Positions 16,124 to 25,627 of a stretch of DNA of 64,000 nt are shown here, one piece after another. This stretch comes from an uncultured Planctomycetales bacterium (GTDB lineage Bacteria > Planctomycetota > UBA1135): the NCBI GenBank assembly GCA_964482495.1, contig CAYZXS010000007.1, positions 34,573 to 98,572 of the forward strand, written 5' to 3'. Within the stretch, counting starts at the first letter, position 1, and every line of letters begins with the position of its first letter. The translations under genes were made by a program, and so were the position numbers. The notes under the pieces are model-generated. The model did no database searches, was not told the DNA's origin, and worked only from the letters and a program-made list of their open reading frames with translations.

Positions 16124-17314
16124 TTAGCCGCCGTGCTCCTCGCCTTCGCCGTGCTCGCCGTGCTCGGCACCCTCGGTCTCGGCCGCCGGCTTCGGCGTCC
16201 AGGTCTTCCAGTCCTTCAGCAACTGCTCCTCGCGCTCGGGCGTGATGCCGGCGCGCCACGGGCGGTCGGCGTCGCGCTCCTCCAGCGCCCACTTCAGGGT
16301 GTCGCGCAAGGTGTCGCCGGTCGGGCGGTGGCTGAGCCCGGCCTTGCGCGCCTTCTCCCAGCTCGAGACCTCGAAGGGCGGCTCCATCGGCACCCAGATC
16401 GGGATGCTGTCCGGGCCGGCCCAGGGGCGCACGCCCTGCTCGGCCAGGAACTCGTTCGTGACCCAGGTGAAGTTGCACTCGGCGCCGAGCACCACCTTGC
16501 AGCCGAACAGCAGCTCGGCCATGTTCAGGCCGCCCTCGGGGCCGATGGCGTTGAAGGGGCCGAAGATCTGCTGCTCCATGCAGTGCACGGTCCACTCGGC
16601 CAGGTCGCGGGCGTCGATGAAGCGCACCGGCATGTCCCAGTGGCCGGGGGCGATGACCTCGCCGCCGCGGTGGATCCGCAGCGGCCACCAGGTCAGGCGG
16701 TCGCTGTTGTCGCCGGGGCCGACGATCAGGCCGGGGCGGATGTTCAGGGTCCGGCCGGGCCAGTGCTGCTCGGCCGCCTGCTCGCACAGCACCTTGAGGC
16801 CGCCGTAGGTCAGCCCGGTGATCTCCTCGGTGGTCGGGTCCTTGAGCGTCGCCAGCTCGGACTCCTCGGTGTTGGCGCCCATCCAGTCCGGGTAGACCGA
16901 CATGGTCGAGATGAAGACGTAGGCGCCGACCCGGTCCTTGACCACGTCGGCGAGCATGTTGACGACCCGCGGGTAGTAGCCGCTGGTGTCGACCACGAAG
17001 TCCCAGGTCCGGTCGCCCTCGAGCGCGGACAGGTCCTTGCCGCGGTCGCCCTTGATCTTCTCGAGCTCGGGGAACAGGTGCGGGTTGGTGCGGCCGCGGT
17101 TGAAGAGGGTGACCTCGTGGCCGCGGGCCTGCAGGGCGCGCACGGTGTGCGGGCCGAGGAAGCCGGTGCCGCCCATGAAGAGGATCTTCAGCTTCTTGGG
17201 GGCGGGGCGGACCGGGCCGGCGGCGGGGGCGCTGGCGACGGCGGCGGGCGCTAGGCCCGCGGCGGCGGCGGCAGCGGCGGTCTGGGTCAGGAACTCTCGG
17301 CGGGTCTTGCTCAA
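16124..17314 (-). CDS. Tat-signal NAD(P)-binding Rossmann protein (epimerase/dehydratase or NmrA-like)
   Basis: SKTRREFLTQTAAAAAAAGLAP is a twin-arginine signal. ILFMGGTGFLGPH is the GxxGxxG Rossmann motif. The start is proposed at TTG 17312-17314, preceded by GGAG, because the longer track ORF adds an Arg/Pro-rich N-terminus. Paralogue at 51583..52785. Confidence 0.75.
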   Translation of the reverse strand: MSKTRREFLTQTAAAAAAAGLAPAAVASAPAAGPVRPAPKKLKILFMGGTGFLGPHTVRALQARGHEVTLFNRGRTNPHLFPELEKIKGDRGKDLSALEGDRTWDFVVDTSGYYPRVVNMLADVVKDRVGAYVFISTMSVYPDWMGANTEESELATLKDPTTEEITGLTYGGLKVLCEQAAEQHWPGRTLNIRPGLIVGPGDNSDRLTWWPLRIHRGGEVIAPGHWDMPVRFIDARDLAEWTVHCMEQQIFGPFNAIGPEGGLNMAELLFGCKVVLGAECNFTWVTNEFLAEQGVRPWAGPDSIPIWVPMEPPFEVSSWEKARKAGLSHRPTGDTLRDTLKWALEERDADRPWRAGITPEREEQLLKDWKTWTPKPAAETEGAEHGEHGEGEEHGG

Positions 17315-17444
17315 GGGGGTCTCCGGGGGGTCGGGGCGGCGGGATGGGTCCGGGCGCGGCCGGGCGGGCTCTCCCCTACGATGCTGCCGCGCCGGCGCGG
17401 GAGCTTTCCTATCGGGAGGCCCCGCCCAGCGTAAGACCCTACTC

Positions 17445-18797
17445 ATGCCCGGCGGCGCGGATCCCCCCAGCTTCCTCGGCCGGCTGCTCTCGGTGCGCCG
17501 CGAGGAGCTGCGCCCGGCCCTCTGGGCGGCGCTGTTCCACTTCTTCCTGTTCGCGGCCTACTACATCCTGCGGCCGCTGCGGGACGAGATCGGCTCGCAG
17601 CACCGCGAGGCCCTGGCGATGGCCTGGTCCCTGGTGGCGGTGGCCTGCCTGGTGCTCGTGCCCCTCTATTCCTGGGCCGGCTCGCGGTGGCCCCGGCGAC
17701 GGCTCCTGACCCTGGTCTACCGCTCCTGCGGCCTGCTCGTCCTGGTCTTCTCCTTCGCCATCCGCGGGCTGCCCGAAGAGGGCAACCTCCCGATCGAGAT
17801 GGCCTTCTACATCTGGATCGGCGTCTACCCGATGTTCGCCGCGACCGTCTTCTGGGGCTTCATGGCCGACCTGTTCCGGGCCGAGCAGGGCCGCCGGATG
17901 TTCGGCCTGCTGGCGCTGGGGGGATCGCTGGGCGGCGTGTGCGGCCCCCTGCTGCTCGGCTGGCTGCTGGAGCCCCTGGGCGTCGCCAACATGCTCCTGA
18001 TCCCGGTCGTGCTGCTCGAGCTGGCGATCTTCTGCCAGCGCCGCACCGAAGCGGCGGCGCGGCGGCTGGGTCCGCCGGAGGCCGCGCCGGCCGCCGAGGA
18101 GCCGCTCGCCGGCAACGCCTTCAGCGGCATCGCCACGGTCTTCCGCAGCTCCTATCTGCTGCGCCTCTCGGCCTACCTGCTGGTCTTCGTCTTCGGCTCC
18201 GGCTTCCTCTACTTCTTCCAGTCGGACCTGGCCCGCGAGGCCTTCCCCGTCCGCGACGACCGCCGGCACTTCTTCGCCCGCATCGACTTCTGGGTCAACC
18301 TGTCGACGCTGGTGATCCAGTTCCTCGTCACTGGCCGCGTGTTGCGGCTCCTCGGCACCGGCTGGACCCTGACCCTGGTCCCCCTGCTCACGGTCTTGGG
18401 CTTCCTCGGCCTGGCCTGGAACCCGGTGATCGGCGTCTTCGTCGCCTTCTACCTGCTGCGGCGCACCCTCAACTACGCGCTGTCCCGGCCCGCTCGCGAG
18501 ACCCTGTTCACGGTCGTTCCGCGGGAGCAGAAGTACAAGTCGAAGGCGTTCCTCGACACCTTCGTCTACCGCGGGGGCGACGTCGCGACCGGCTGGATCT
18601 ACCACGGCCTGGCCGGCGCCGGACTCGCCATGGGCACCCTGTGCCTGGTCGCCGCTCCCGTGGCCGTCGGCGGCGTCTTCCTGGCCCTCTCGCTCGGCCG
18701 CAGCCTGCGCGCGACCGAGGCCCTGCGGGCCTCCCCCAGCGCCGGACCTCCCCTCGCACCGGAATCCCCCGATCCCCCTAAGATCCCGACCCCATGA
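17445..18797 (+). CDS. TLC/AAA-family-like (Npt1/Npt2-type) MFS transporter
   Basis: LFHFFLFAAYYILRPLRDEIG, TVFWGFMADLF and KSKAFLDTFVYRGGD resemble ATP:ADP-antiporter-family signatures. About 11-12 TM segments. Start taken at ATG 17445. Confidence 0.75.
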   Translation: MPGGADPPSFLGRLLSVRREELRPALWAALFHFFLFAAYYILRPLRDEIGSQHREALAMAWSLVAVACLVLVPLYSWAGSRWPRRRLLTLVYRSCGLLVLVFSFAIRGLPEEGNLPIEMAFYIWIGVYPMFAATVFWGFMADLFRAEQGRRMFGLLALGGSLGGVCGPLLLGWLLEPLGVANMLLIPVVLLELAIFCQRRTEAAARRLGPPEAAPAAEEPLAGNAFSGIATVFRSSYLLRLSAYLLVFVFGSGFLYFFQSDLAREAFPVRDDRRHFFARIDFWVNLSTLVIQFLVTGRVLRLLGTGWTLTLVPLLTVLGFLGLAWNPVIGVFVAFYLLRRTLNYALSRPARETLFTVVPREQKYKSKAFLDTFVYRGGDVATGWIYHGLAGAGLAMGTLCLVAAPVAVGGVFLALSLGRSLRATEALRASPSAGPPLAPESPDPPKIPTP

Positions 18798-20848
18798 AGG
18801 CTCGCCTCCCCCTTCTCCCCGCCGCCGCCGCCGGCCTGATCCTGCTCGGCGGCTGCGCTTCGCTGCTCGAAGACCCCGCCCCGGGCCCGGCCTGGGACCT
18901 CGCCGACATGGACGTCTCGGTCGACCCCGGCGAGGACTTCTACCGCTTCGCCAACGGCGGCTGGCTCGACGCCAACCCGGTCCCGGCGGCCTACAGCTCC
19001 TACGGCGCCGGCCACGAGATCCAAGAGCGCAACCAAGACATCCTGCTGGCCGTGCTCGAACAGGCCGCCGAGGCCGAGCGGCCCTGGCCCGGCTCGCACG
19101 AGCAGATGCTGGGCGACTTCTACGCCTCTGGCATGGACGAAGCTCACATCGATGAGCTCGGGGCCCGGCCGCTGCACCCGCTGCTGGGCCGCATCGCCGC
19201 CGCCGCCGACCTCGAGGGCCTGCAGGGCGCCATCGCCGCGCTGCAGCGGCACGGCATCGGCGCGCCCTTCGTCTTCGGTGCCGAGGCCGACACCCGGGAC
19301 AGCACCCAGATGGTCGCCTACCTGGCCGCCGGCGGCCTGGGCCTCCCTGAGAAGGACTACTACCTGCGCGAGGACGACGAGTCGGTCGCGCTGCGCACCC
19401 AGTACGCCGGCCACGTCGCCGCCATGCTGACCCTGCTCGGCGAGGACGCCGCCGCCGCCGCCGACCAGGCCGCCGCCATCCTCGCCTTCGAGACCCGGCT
19501 GGCCGGGAAGATGCTCGGCGCCGTCGAGATGCGCAATCCGGCCGTGTACGACGACGTCCGGCCGCTGAGCGAGGTCGACGCCCTCCTGGGCGACTTCGAC
19601 CTGGCAGGCCACTGCGCGGCGATCGGCCTGACCCCGCCGGAGACGGTGCACGTGATCGGCGCCGACGCCTTCGCCGAGCTCGGCGCGGCCTTCGCCGACA
19701 CCCCGCTCGAGACCTGGAAGGCCTACCTGCGCTGGCACCTCCTCCACGAGACCGCCTTCGCCTTGAGCGCGGACTTCGCCGGTGAGAACTTCAGGTTCTA
19801 TGGCACCGCCCTCTCCGGCCAGCAGGAGATGCGGCCGCGCTGGAAGCGGGTGCTCAGCGCCACCAACGACGCCCTCGGCGAGCTGCTGGGCCAGGCCTAC
19901 GTCGAGCGGGCGTTCACGCCGCGCGCCAAGGAGCTGTGCCAGCAGATGGTCGCCGACCTGCAGTGGGCGATGGAGCGGCGCATCGAGGCCAGCGACTGGA
20001 TGAGCGAGGCCACGCGCGAGCAGGCGCTGGTCAAGCTGGCGGCCTTCGGCTCCAAGATCGGCTATCCCGACGAGTGGCGCAGCTACGACGGCCTGCAGAT
20101 CGACCGCGACTCCTACGTCGGCAACGTCCTGCGCGCCGCGGCCTTCAACGCCTCCTTCCAGTTGGCCAAGATCGGCAAGCCGGTCAACGAGCACGAGTGG
20201 GGCATGAACCCGCAGATGGTGAACGCCTATTACCACCCGATCCACAACGAGGTGGTGTTCCCGGCCGGCATCCTGCAGCCGCCCTTCTTCAGCGAGCACA
20301 ATGACCCGGCGCTCAACTACGGCTCGATGGGCGCGATCATCGGCCACGAGCTGACCCACGGCTTCGACGACTCCGGGGCGCAGTTCGACGCCGAGGGCCT
20401 GCTGCGCAATTGGTGGCAGCCCGAGGACCTCGAGGAGTTCGGCCGCCGCGGGGCCGCGCTGGTCGCCCACTTCGACGAGTACGAGGCGGTCGAGGGGCTG
20501 CACGTCAACGGCGAGCTGACCCTGGGCGAGAACATCGCCGACCAGGGCGGGGTGCTGATCGCCTACGAGGCCCTGATGATGCGGCTCGGCGAGATGGGTC
20601 CCGGGGCGATGGAGCCGATCGACGGCTACACGCCGCAGCAGCGCTTCTTCCTGGCCTTCGCGCGCTCGTGGCGGCAGAACGCCCGCGACGAGTACCTGCG
20701 GATGCAGGTCCAGACCGACCCGCACTCGCCCAACCGCTTCCGCCTCTACGGCGTGATCTGCCAGCTGCCGCAGTTCGCCGAGGCCTGGGGCCTGGACTCG
20801 AGCTCGCCGATGGTGCTGGCACCCGAGGAGCGGGACCTGGTCTGGTGA
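18794..20848 (+). CDS. M13-family zinc metallopeptidase (PepO/endothelin-converting-enzyme-like) lipoprotein
   Basis: Contains HELTHGFDD (HExxH) and GENIADQGG (ExxxD). Lipobox [11 protein letters not shown] overlap with the upstream transporter gene. Confidence 0.95.
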   Translation: MKARLPLLPAAAAGLILLGGCASLLEDPAPGPAWDLADMDVSVDPGEDFYRFANGGWLDANPVPAAYSSYGAGHEIQERNQDILLAVLEQAAEAERPWPGSHEQMLGDFYASGMDEAHIDELGARPLHPLLGRIAAAADLEGLQGAIAALQRHGIGAPFVFGAEADTRDSTQMVAYLAAGGLGLPEKDYYLREDDESVALRTQYAGHVAAMLTLLGEDAAAAADQAAAILAFETRLAGKMLGAVEMRNPAVYDDVRPLSEVDALLGDFDLAGHCAAIGLTPPETVHVIGADAFAELGAAFADTPLETWKAYLRWHLLHETAFALSADFAGENFRFYGTALSGQQEMRPRWKRVLSATNDALGELLGQAYVERAFTPRAKELCQQMVADLQWAMERRIEASDWMSEATREQALVKLAAFGSKIGYPDEWRSYDGLQIDRDSYVGNVLRAAAFNASFQLAKIGKPVNEHEWGMNPQMVNAYYHPIHNEVVFPAGILQPPFFSEHNDPALNYGSMGAIIGHELTHGFDDSGAQFDAEGLLRNWWQPEDLEEFGRRGAALVAHFDEYEAVEGLHVNGELTLGENIADQGGVLIAYEALMMRLGEMGPGAMEPIDGYTPQQRFFLAFARSWRQNARDEYLRMQVQTDPHSPNRFRLYGVICQLPQFAEAWGLDSSSPMVLAPEERDLVW

Positions 20849-21417
20849 GCGACGGCCCCGCTGCCCCGCCCGCCGGCCGCCTGGTCTGGATGGACCTCGA
20901 GATGACCGGGCTCGACCCGGAGCGGGACCGGATCCTCGAGATCGCCACCCTGATCACCGACGACCAGCTGAACCTGGTCGCCGAGGGCCCGGACCTGGTG
21001 GTGCACCAGCCCGACGCCCTGCTCGACGGCATGGACGAGTGGAACACCGAACACCACGGGGCCAGCGGCTTGACCCAGGCCTCGCGGGAGTCGGCGATCA
21101 GCGAGCGGGAGGCCGAGGAGCGCACGCTGGAGTTCCTCCGGGAGCACGTCGCCGAGGGCGCCAGCCCGCTGTGCGGCAACACGGTGCACCAGGACAAGCG
21201 CTTCCTGGTGCGCCAGATGCCGCGCATCGACGCCTACCTGCACTACCGGATCATCGACGTCAGCACGGTGAAGGAGCTGGCGAAGCGGTGGTACCCGGCC
21301 GAGTACGAGGCCGCCCCCGCCAAGGAGGGCGGCCACCGGGCGCTGGTCGACATCCAGGAGTCGATCGAGGAGCTGCGGTACTACCGGCGGGTGGTGATGA
21401 AGGGCGCCGGCGGCTGA
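20845..21417 (+). CDS. orn: Oligoribonuclease
   Basis: [27 protein letters not shown] (DEDDh ExoI motif), [12 protein letters not shown] and [22 protein letters not shown] overlap with the M13 peptidase stop. Confidence 0.93.
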   Translation: MSDGPAAPPAGRLVWMDLEMTGLDPERDRILEIATLITDDQLNLVAEGPDLVVHQPDALLDGMDEWNTEHHGASGLTQASRESAISEREAEERTLEFLREHVAEGASPLCGNTVHQDKRFLVRQMPRIDAYLHYRIIDVSTVKELAKRWYPAEYEAAPAKEGGHRALVDIQESIEELRYYRRVVMKGAGG

Positions 21418-21456
21418 TCGGGTCACCGGCCGCGCGGGCCGGCTTATGCTGGCCCC

Positions 21457-22989
21457 ATGCGCTATTCCGTCTGGACTGCCCTCGCCATCTGCGCGGCGGC
21501 GGTGGTCTGGCTGATCCTCGCGCTGCCGAGTTCCCGGGAGCCGGCGCCGGCGGTTCCGAGCGGAGGGGAGAGAGGCGGACAGGGGGCGGTCGAGCCTCCG
21601 GCAGCCCTGCCGCTCCCCCACCCCGGGCTCCCTGGGTCAGCGGATCCGGAAGCGAAGCCGGTCACCCAGCGGAAGCTGCTCGCCACGCCCCAGCCCTTCC
21701 GCGTCGCCTCCTTCACCAGCGAGCCGTCTCCGACCGGGACGACCAGCCTCACGATCGAGCTGGTGGGGACGCCGGGCTTCGCGCACCCTGGCGTCCAGCT
21801 CGACCTCCTGCCCTACGCGGCCGTCGGCCTCGTCCGGGAGGTCGCCGTCCCTGGGACGATCACCATCGTCGAGGGCGCCACGGCGGAGACCGGCTTCCGG
21901 CTGCCGCCAGACCTCGCGAACCCGGAGCTGCCGCCGCTTCCTCCCGGCGCGGATGACCTCGACCGCGCCCTGGCGATGCTGAACATCGGCTCCCACACCA
22001 GACCCCTCATGGTGAACGGGCTCCCCGTCACCTCCGAGGACGCGCTGCCGATCGCGGCCGGGTCGGCCCACGAGCTCGTGATCGAGTTCGGCCCGTGGAG
22101 CTGGGCGCAGCTGCAGATCCCCGATCGCGGCGTCACGCCACCGCGGTGTTTCCTGGACCTCCGTTTCCGGCGCCTCGGCTCCTCGAAGGGTGGGGCCTGG
22201 CGAGAGCTGGGCGATTCCCCATCGCAGGAGATCGCGGACATCCTCTTGGACCGAGACCGCCCCTTCGAGGAGGAAGGCCGCATCGACCTGCCGCCGCTCC
22301 CGAGCGGACGCTACGGCTTCTCGATGCCTTGCGCCTTGCCGGGCACCTCCGTCGCGTGGGAGGCCGAGCTCGAGCAGGGCTACCAGGTCCTCGAGGCGCC
22401 GGTCCCCGACACCTTCCTCGAGATCGAGGATCCCGCCGGTTTCCGCCCGACCATCGGAGAGGAGTGGATGGCGGTCTGGGCCCTACCGTGGCCGATGAGG
22501 CAGGAGGAGCTGCGCCGGGGAGCCGAACGGCACGCGACGCGGAGGATCCCCTTCCGAGGCCGGACGCTGGCCTTCCTGCCGCCGGGGCGTTTCCTCCTCC
22601 TGATGAGGCACAAGTCTCTCTACCGCTGGGCGGTCGCCGACGTCGATCTCACCGAAGGGACTCCGCAGCGCCTCTCCCCCGATTGGCAGGAGTCCGGCGC
22701 CGCGCGGATCCACATCCAGAACTGGCGGCAGCCCGGCCGGTTCGGCTGGGTGCGGCTGATCCACCTGGACAGCGGCTGGTTCTCCGTCCCGCGGACCGTG
22801 GCCTCCGACCCGACTCAGCCCGTGTTCTACGGGTTGCCGCCAGGGCGCTACCAGGCCGTCTGGGGGTGGAGCAACGAGGCGAAGGCCGTCGGCTTCAGCG
22901 ACCCCTTCTCCGTCCCCGCCAAGGTCACGGTCCAGGTGCCCTTCCCGACGTCTCCTGACGGCGGCGGCGCGCTCGAAGTCGTGGACTAG
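21457..22989 (+). CDS. Hypothetical secreted protein with LPxGRY (CarboxypepD_reg-like) modules
   Basis: N-terminal hydrophobic anchor. Repeated LPSGRYGF, LPPGRFLLL and LPPGRYQAVWG motifs. The C-terminus is paralogous to the protein encoded at 24128..25612. Confidence 0.6.
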   Translation: MRYSVWTALAICAAAVVWLILALPSSREPAPAVPSGGERGGQGAVEPPAALPLPHPGLPGSADPEAKPVTQRKLLATPQPFRVASFTSEPSPTGTTSLTIELVGTPGFAHPGVQLDLLPYAAVGLVREVAVPGTITIVEGATAETGFRLPPDLANPELPPLPPGADDLDRALAMLNIGSHTRPLMVNGLPVTSEDALPIAAGSAHELVIEFGPWSWAQLQIPDRGVTPPRCFLDLRFRRLGSSKGGAWRELGDSPSQEIADILLDRDRPFEEEGRIDLPPLPSGRYGFSMPCALPGTSVAWEAELEQGYQVLEAPVPDTFLEIEDPAGFRPTIGEEWMAVWALPWPMRQEELRRGAERHATRRIPFRGRTLAFLPPGRFLLLMRHKSLYRWAVADVDLTEGTPQRLSPDWQESGAARIHIQNWRQPGRFGWVRLIHLDSGWFSVPRTVASDPTQPVFYGLPPGRYQAVWGWSNEAKAVGFSDPFSVPAKVTVQVPFPTSPDGGGALEVVD

Positions 22990-23066
22990 AGCCGGCTGGG
23001 CGCGGGTGGCCGCGCTCCTCTCTCGAAGGCAAAGGGGGACTGCATGAAGGAGCCTGACACCAAGGC

Positions 23067-23966
23067 CTACTGCAGCAAGGACAGCACCGCGACTACGGGT
23101 TCGTGGTCGCTGGGGCAGCGGCCTTCCCAGCGGGGGCGCAGGATGTCGGCGGACTCGACGCGCCAGCCGGGGCTGCAGTACAGGTGGTCGATCTTGGCGC
23201 CGGTGGTCTCGCCGCGGAAGGCGCTGAAGGTGCCGACCTCGGTGGCCTCGGGGTGGGCGACGCGGAAGCTGTCGAGGTAGCCGGCCTTGCGGATCGCGGC
23301 CATCGGCGCCGAGTCCTCGCCGGCGTTGAAGTCGCCCAGGATCACGACCGGCGCCCGCCACTCGTTGTTGATCGCCGCCACCTGGCGCACGATCAGCCGC
23401 GCGCTCTCGAGCCGCGCCAGCTCGCCGCGGTGGTCGAAGTGGGTGCCGACCGCGAGGAAGCGCGAGCCGGCCGGAGCGCGGCGGTCGCTCAGCACCGCCC
23501 ACACCGCCATCCGCGGCAGCGCCGCGTCCCAGCCCTGGGACCCGACCTGCTCCGGCGTCGGCGACAGCCAGAACTCGCCCCAGTCCTCGACCTCCAGCCG
23601 CGACTCGTCGACCAGCAGGCCGCAGAATTCGCTGCTGGTGCCGCCCATGCGGTGCTGCCCGAGCTGACGGAACTGCGGGAAGCGCTGGCGCAGCTCGGCC
23701 ATCTGGAAGTCCAGCCCCTCCTGCACCCCGAGCAGGTCGGGGGCGAAGTCGCCGATGACCTCCATGACGAAGTCCCGGCGGTGCTCCCAGCGGTCGTCGC
23801 CGTCGTCGGCAGTGCCGTAGCGGATGTTGAAGGACATGATCCGCAGGCTGCCGTCCTCGGGCGGCGGCTGCGGGTCCATCGTCCCGGCGCCCTGGCAGGC
23901 GCTGAGGGAGAGGACCAGGGCGAGAGCAGTGAGCAGGGGGACCAGCGGGCGAGCGGGGGGTCTCAT
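23067..23966 (-). CDS. Endonuclease/exonuclease/phosphatase (EEP) family lipoprotein
   Basis: LRIMSFNIRYG, DLLGVQEG, VGTHFDH, ILGDFN and PSDHEPVV motifs. Start taken at MRPPARPLVPLLTALALVLSLSAC (lipobox). Confidence 0.85.
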   Translation of the reverse strand: MRPPARPLVPLLTALALVLSLSACQGAGTMDPQPPPEDGSLRIMSFNIRYGTADDGDDRWEHRRDFVMEVIGDFAPDLLGVQEGLDFQMAELRQRFPQFRQLGQHRMGGTSSEFCGLLVDESRLEVEDWGEFWLSPTPEQVGSQGWDAALPRMAVWAVLSDRRAPAGSRFLAVGTHFDHRGELARLESARLIVRQVAAINNEWRAPVVILGDFNAGEDSAPMAAIRKAGYLDSFRVAHPEATEVGTFSAFRGETTGAKIDHLYCSPGWRVESADILRPRWEGRCPSDHEPVVAVLSLLQ

Positions 23967-24127
23967 GGCTGGCCCGCATGGTAGGCCCCGCCTCGGCAGG
24001 CGTTCCCCCGCCTTCCCCTCTCCCGGCGCCGAAGCCGCGGATCCGGCTGGCACCCGGATTGCTGCCGGCCCAGAGGCCGTGACCGCCTCCTCCCCCGGAC
24101 TAGGGAGGACCGTACGGCACCCCCCTG

Positions 24128-25612
24128 ATGCGGCTGATCCCCACCCTGCTCGCCCTCCTGCTCCTGGCCTCGCTCTGCGCCATCCTGGCGCTCGGCGAGC
24201 CGGCAGCGGAAGCGGCGGGCGCGGCTCCAGGCCCGGGGAGCACCGCCCGCTCCGGCCAGGGCGCCGCCCGACCCGCCGCCACAGCTCCCTCCTCCGAGAC
24301 CGCCTCCCGCAAGCCAGACGCCTCTCGCTACGGCCGCAGGATCACCACCCGCGCCGAGCTCGACCGCGACGGCGGCGAGCTATTCCTGTCCACCCGGCTC
24401 CTGGTCCCCGAGGGCTGCGCCTCCTGGCCGGTCGAGGTCCTGCTGATCCGCGAGGGCCTCGACGCCGACCAGCGCAAGGAGTACCGCTACGGCGTCCGCA
24501 CCGCCCCGGCCGGCGCCGAGGTCGGCTTCCAGGTCGCCCGCTCGGGCCCCGAGCCGGCCAGCGGCTGGTCGCTCTGGGTCGGCGGCTACCCGGCGGTGGA
24601 GCTGCTCGAACTGGACCCCGACCGGCACACCCAGCTCACGCTCGACCTCCGCGAGCTGGCCTGGATCCGGGTCGAAGCCGGCTCCGCCGCCCGGCCCCAG
24701 CCGGTCGACCGCTGGCGCTTCTGGCTCGACGGCAGCCCGCTGCCGCCGCACCGCCGCGCCGCCAAGCAGGGCGACTTCCGCTCCCACTCCGAGTTCCTGC
24801 CCAGCAAGCTGCTCCTCGGCCGGCGGCCGGAGGGGGAGCTGAGCTGCCGGGTCCTGGTCCGCGACCCCGCCGGCGCCGCCGGCGTCATCGGCCATAGCTA
24901 TTCCGCCGCGCAGCGGAAGGGCCTGTGGGCCCGGTCCGGGCGGCTCCGGCCCGAACGCGGGCCGCAGCTGCTCCGCCTCGACGTCCCCACCGGGGTGGTC
25001 CGCTACCGGTTCGCGCGGGCGGACGGCGAGCAGCCCAGGCACGTCCAATCGGTCATCTCGCTGGTCCCCGCCCGCTGGAAGGAGCCGCCCTACCGTCGCG
25101 ACGACCGCCTGCTGCTGCGCACCTTCGTCGCCAAGGGACGGGCGGGCCAGACCCGGGTGAGGACCACGCAGGACGTCGAAGGAGAGTTCGACTCGGTCGC
25201 AGACGGCGAGTACCGCCTCGCCTGGCGCTCTCACCGAGGGGTCTCCATGAGCTCCGCCTTCTGGATCGAGGGCGGCGAGGTCGAGCTGGAGCTGGCGCTG
25301 CCGCAACCCGGCTGCGAAGTCGAGGTCCGCGCCGTCGGCTTGTTCCTCCCCGAACGCGGCGCCCCGCTCGTCGGCGTGATGAACCTCGAGACGGGGTGGT
25401 TCCCGCCCGCCCAGCGGCTCGGCAAGGGCGCCGCCGCCACCTTCGAGCACCTCCCGCCCGGCCGCTACCAGGCCTACTGGGGAGGACCGGAGCCCGGCGC
25501 CGCCATCGCCGGCTTCGGCGAGCCCTTCGTCGTCAACGGCGCGGCGGGGCTGGAGGTCCAGCTCGACGGCAGCCGCCCCGCCGCTTACGCCTGCCCCCTG
25601 GTGGCGCCCTGA
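24128..25612 (+). CDS. Hypothetical secreted protein, paralogue of 21457..22989
   Basis: Signal/anchor MRLIPTLLALLLLASLCAILALG. The C-terminal LPPGRYQAYWGGPEPGAAIAGFGEPFVV aligns with LPPGRYQAVWGWSNEAKAVGFSDPFSV of the paralogue. Confidence 0.6.
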   Translation: MRLIPTLLALLLLASLCAILALGEPAAEAAGAAPGPGSTARSGQGAARPAATAPSSETASRKPDASRYGRRITTRAELDRDGGELFLSTRLLVPEGCASWPVEVLLIREGLDADQRKEYRYGVRTAPAGAEVGFQVARSGPEPASGWSLWVGGYPAVELLELDPDRHTQLTLDLRELAWIRVEAGSAARPQPVDRWRFWLDGSPLPPHRRAAKQGDFRSHSEFLPSKLLLGRRPEGELSCRVLVRDPAGAAGVIGHSYSAAQRKGLWARSGRLRPERGPQLLRLDVPTGVVRYRFARADGEQPRHVQSVISLVPARWKEPPYRRDDRLLLRTFVAKGRAGQTRVRTTQDVEGEFDSVADGEYRLAWRSHRGVSMSSAFWIEGGEVELELALPQPGCEVEVRAVGLFLPERGAPLVGVMNLETGWFPPAQRLGKGAAATFEHLPPGRYQAYWGGPEPGAAIAGFGEPFVVNGAAGLEVQLDGSRPAAYACPLVAP

Positions 25613-25627
25613 CCGCCCCCGGCCGGC

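Noticed and set aside
18599-20725. 708-aa minus-strand ORF, and similarly 39637..42393 (918 aa), 42411..43814, 59051..61273 and 33603..35213
   Set aside because: Each lies opposite a gene with strong catalytic or transport motifs (M13 peptidase, GH38, SSS transporter, histidine kinase and the adaptor/toroid pair). None carries motifs of its own.
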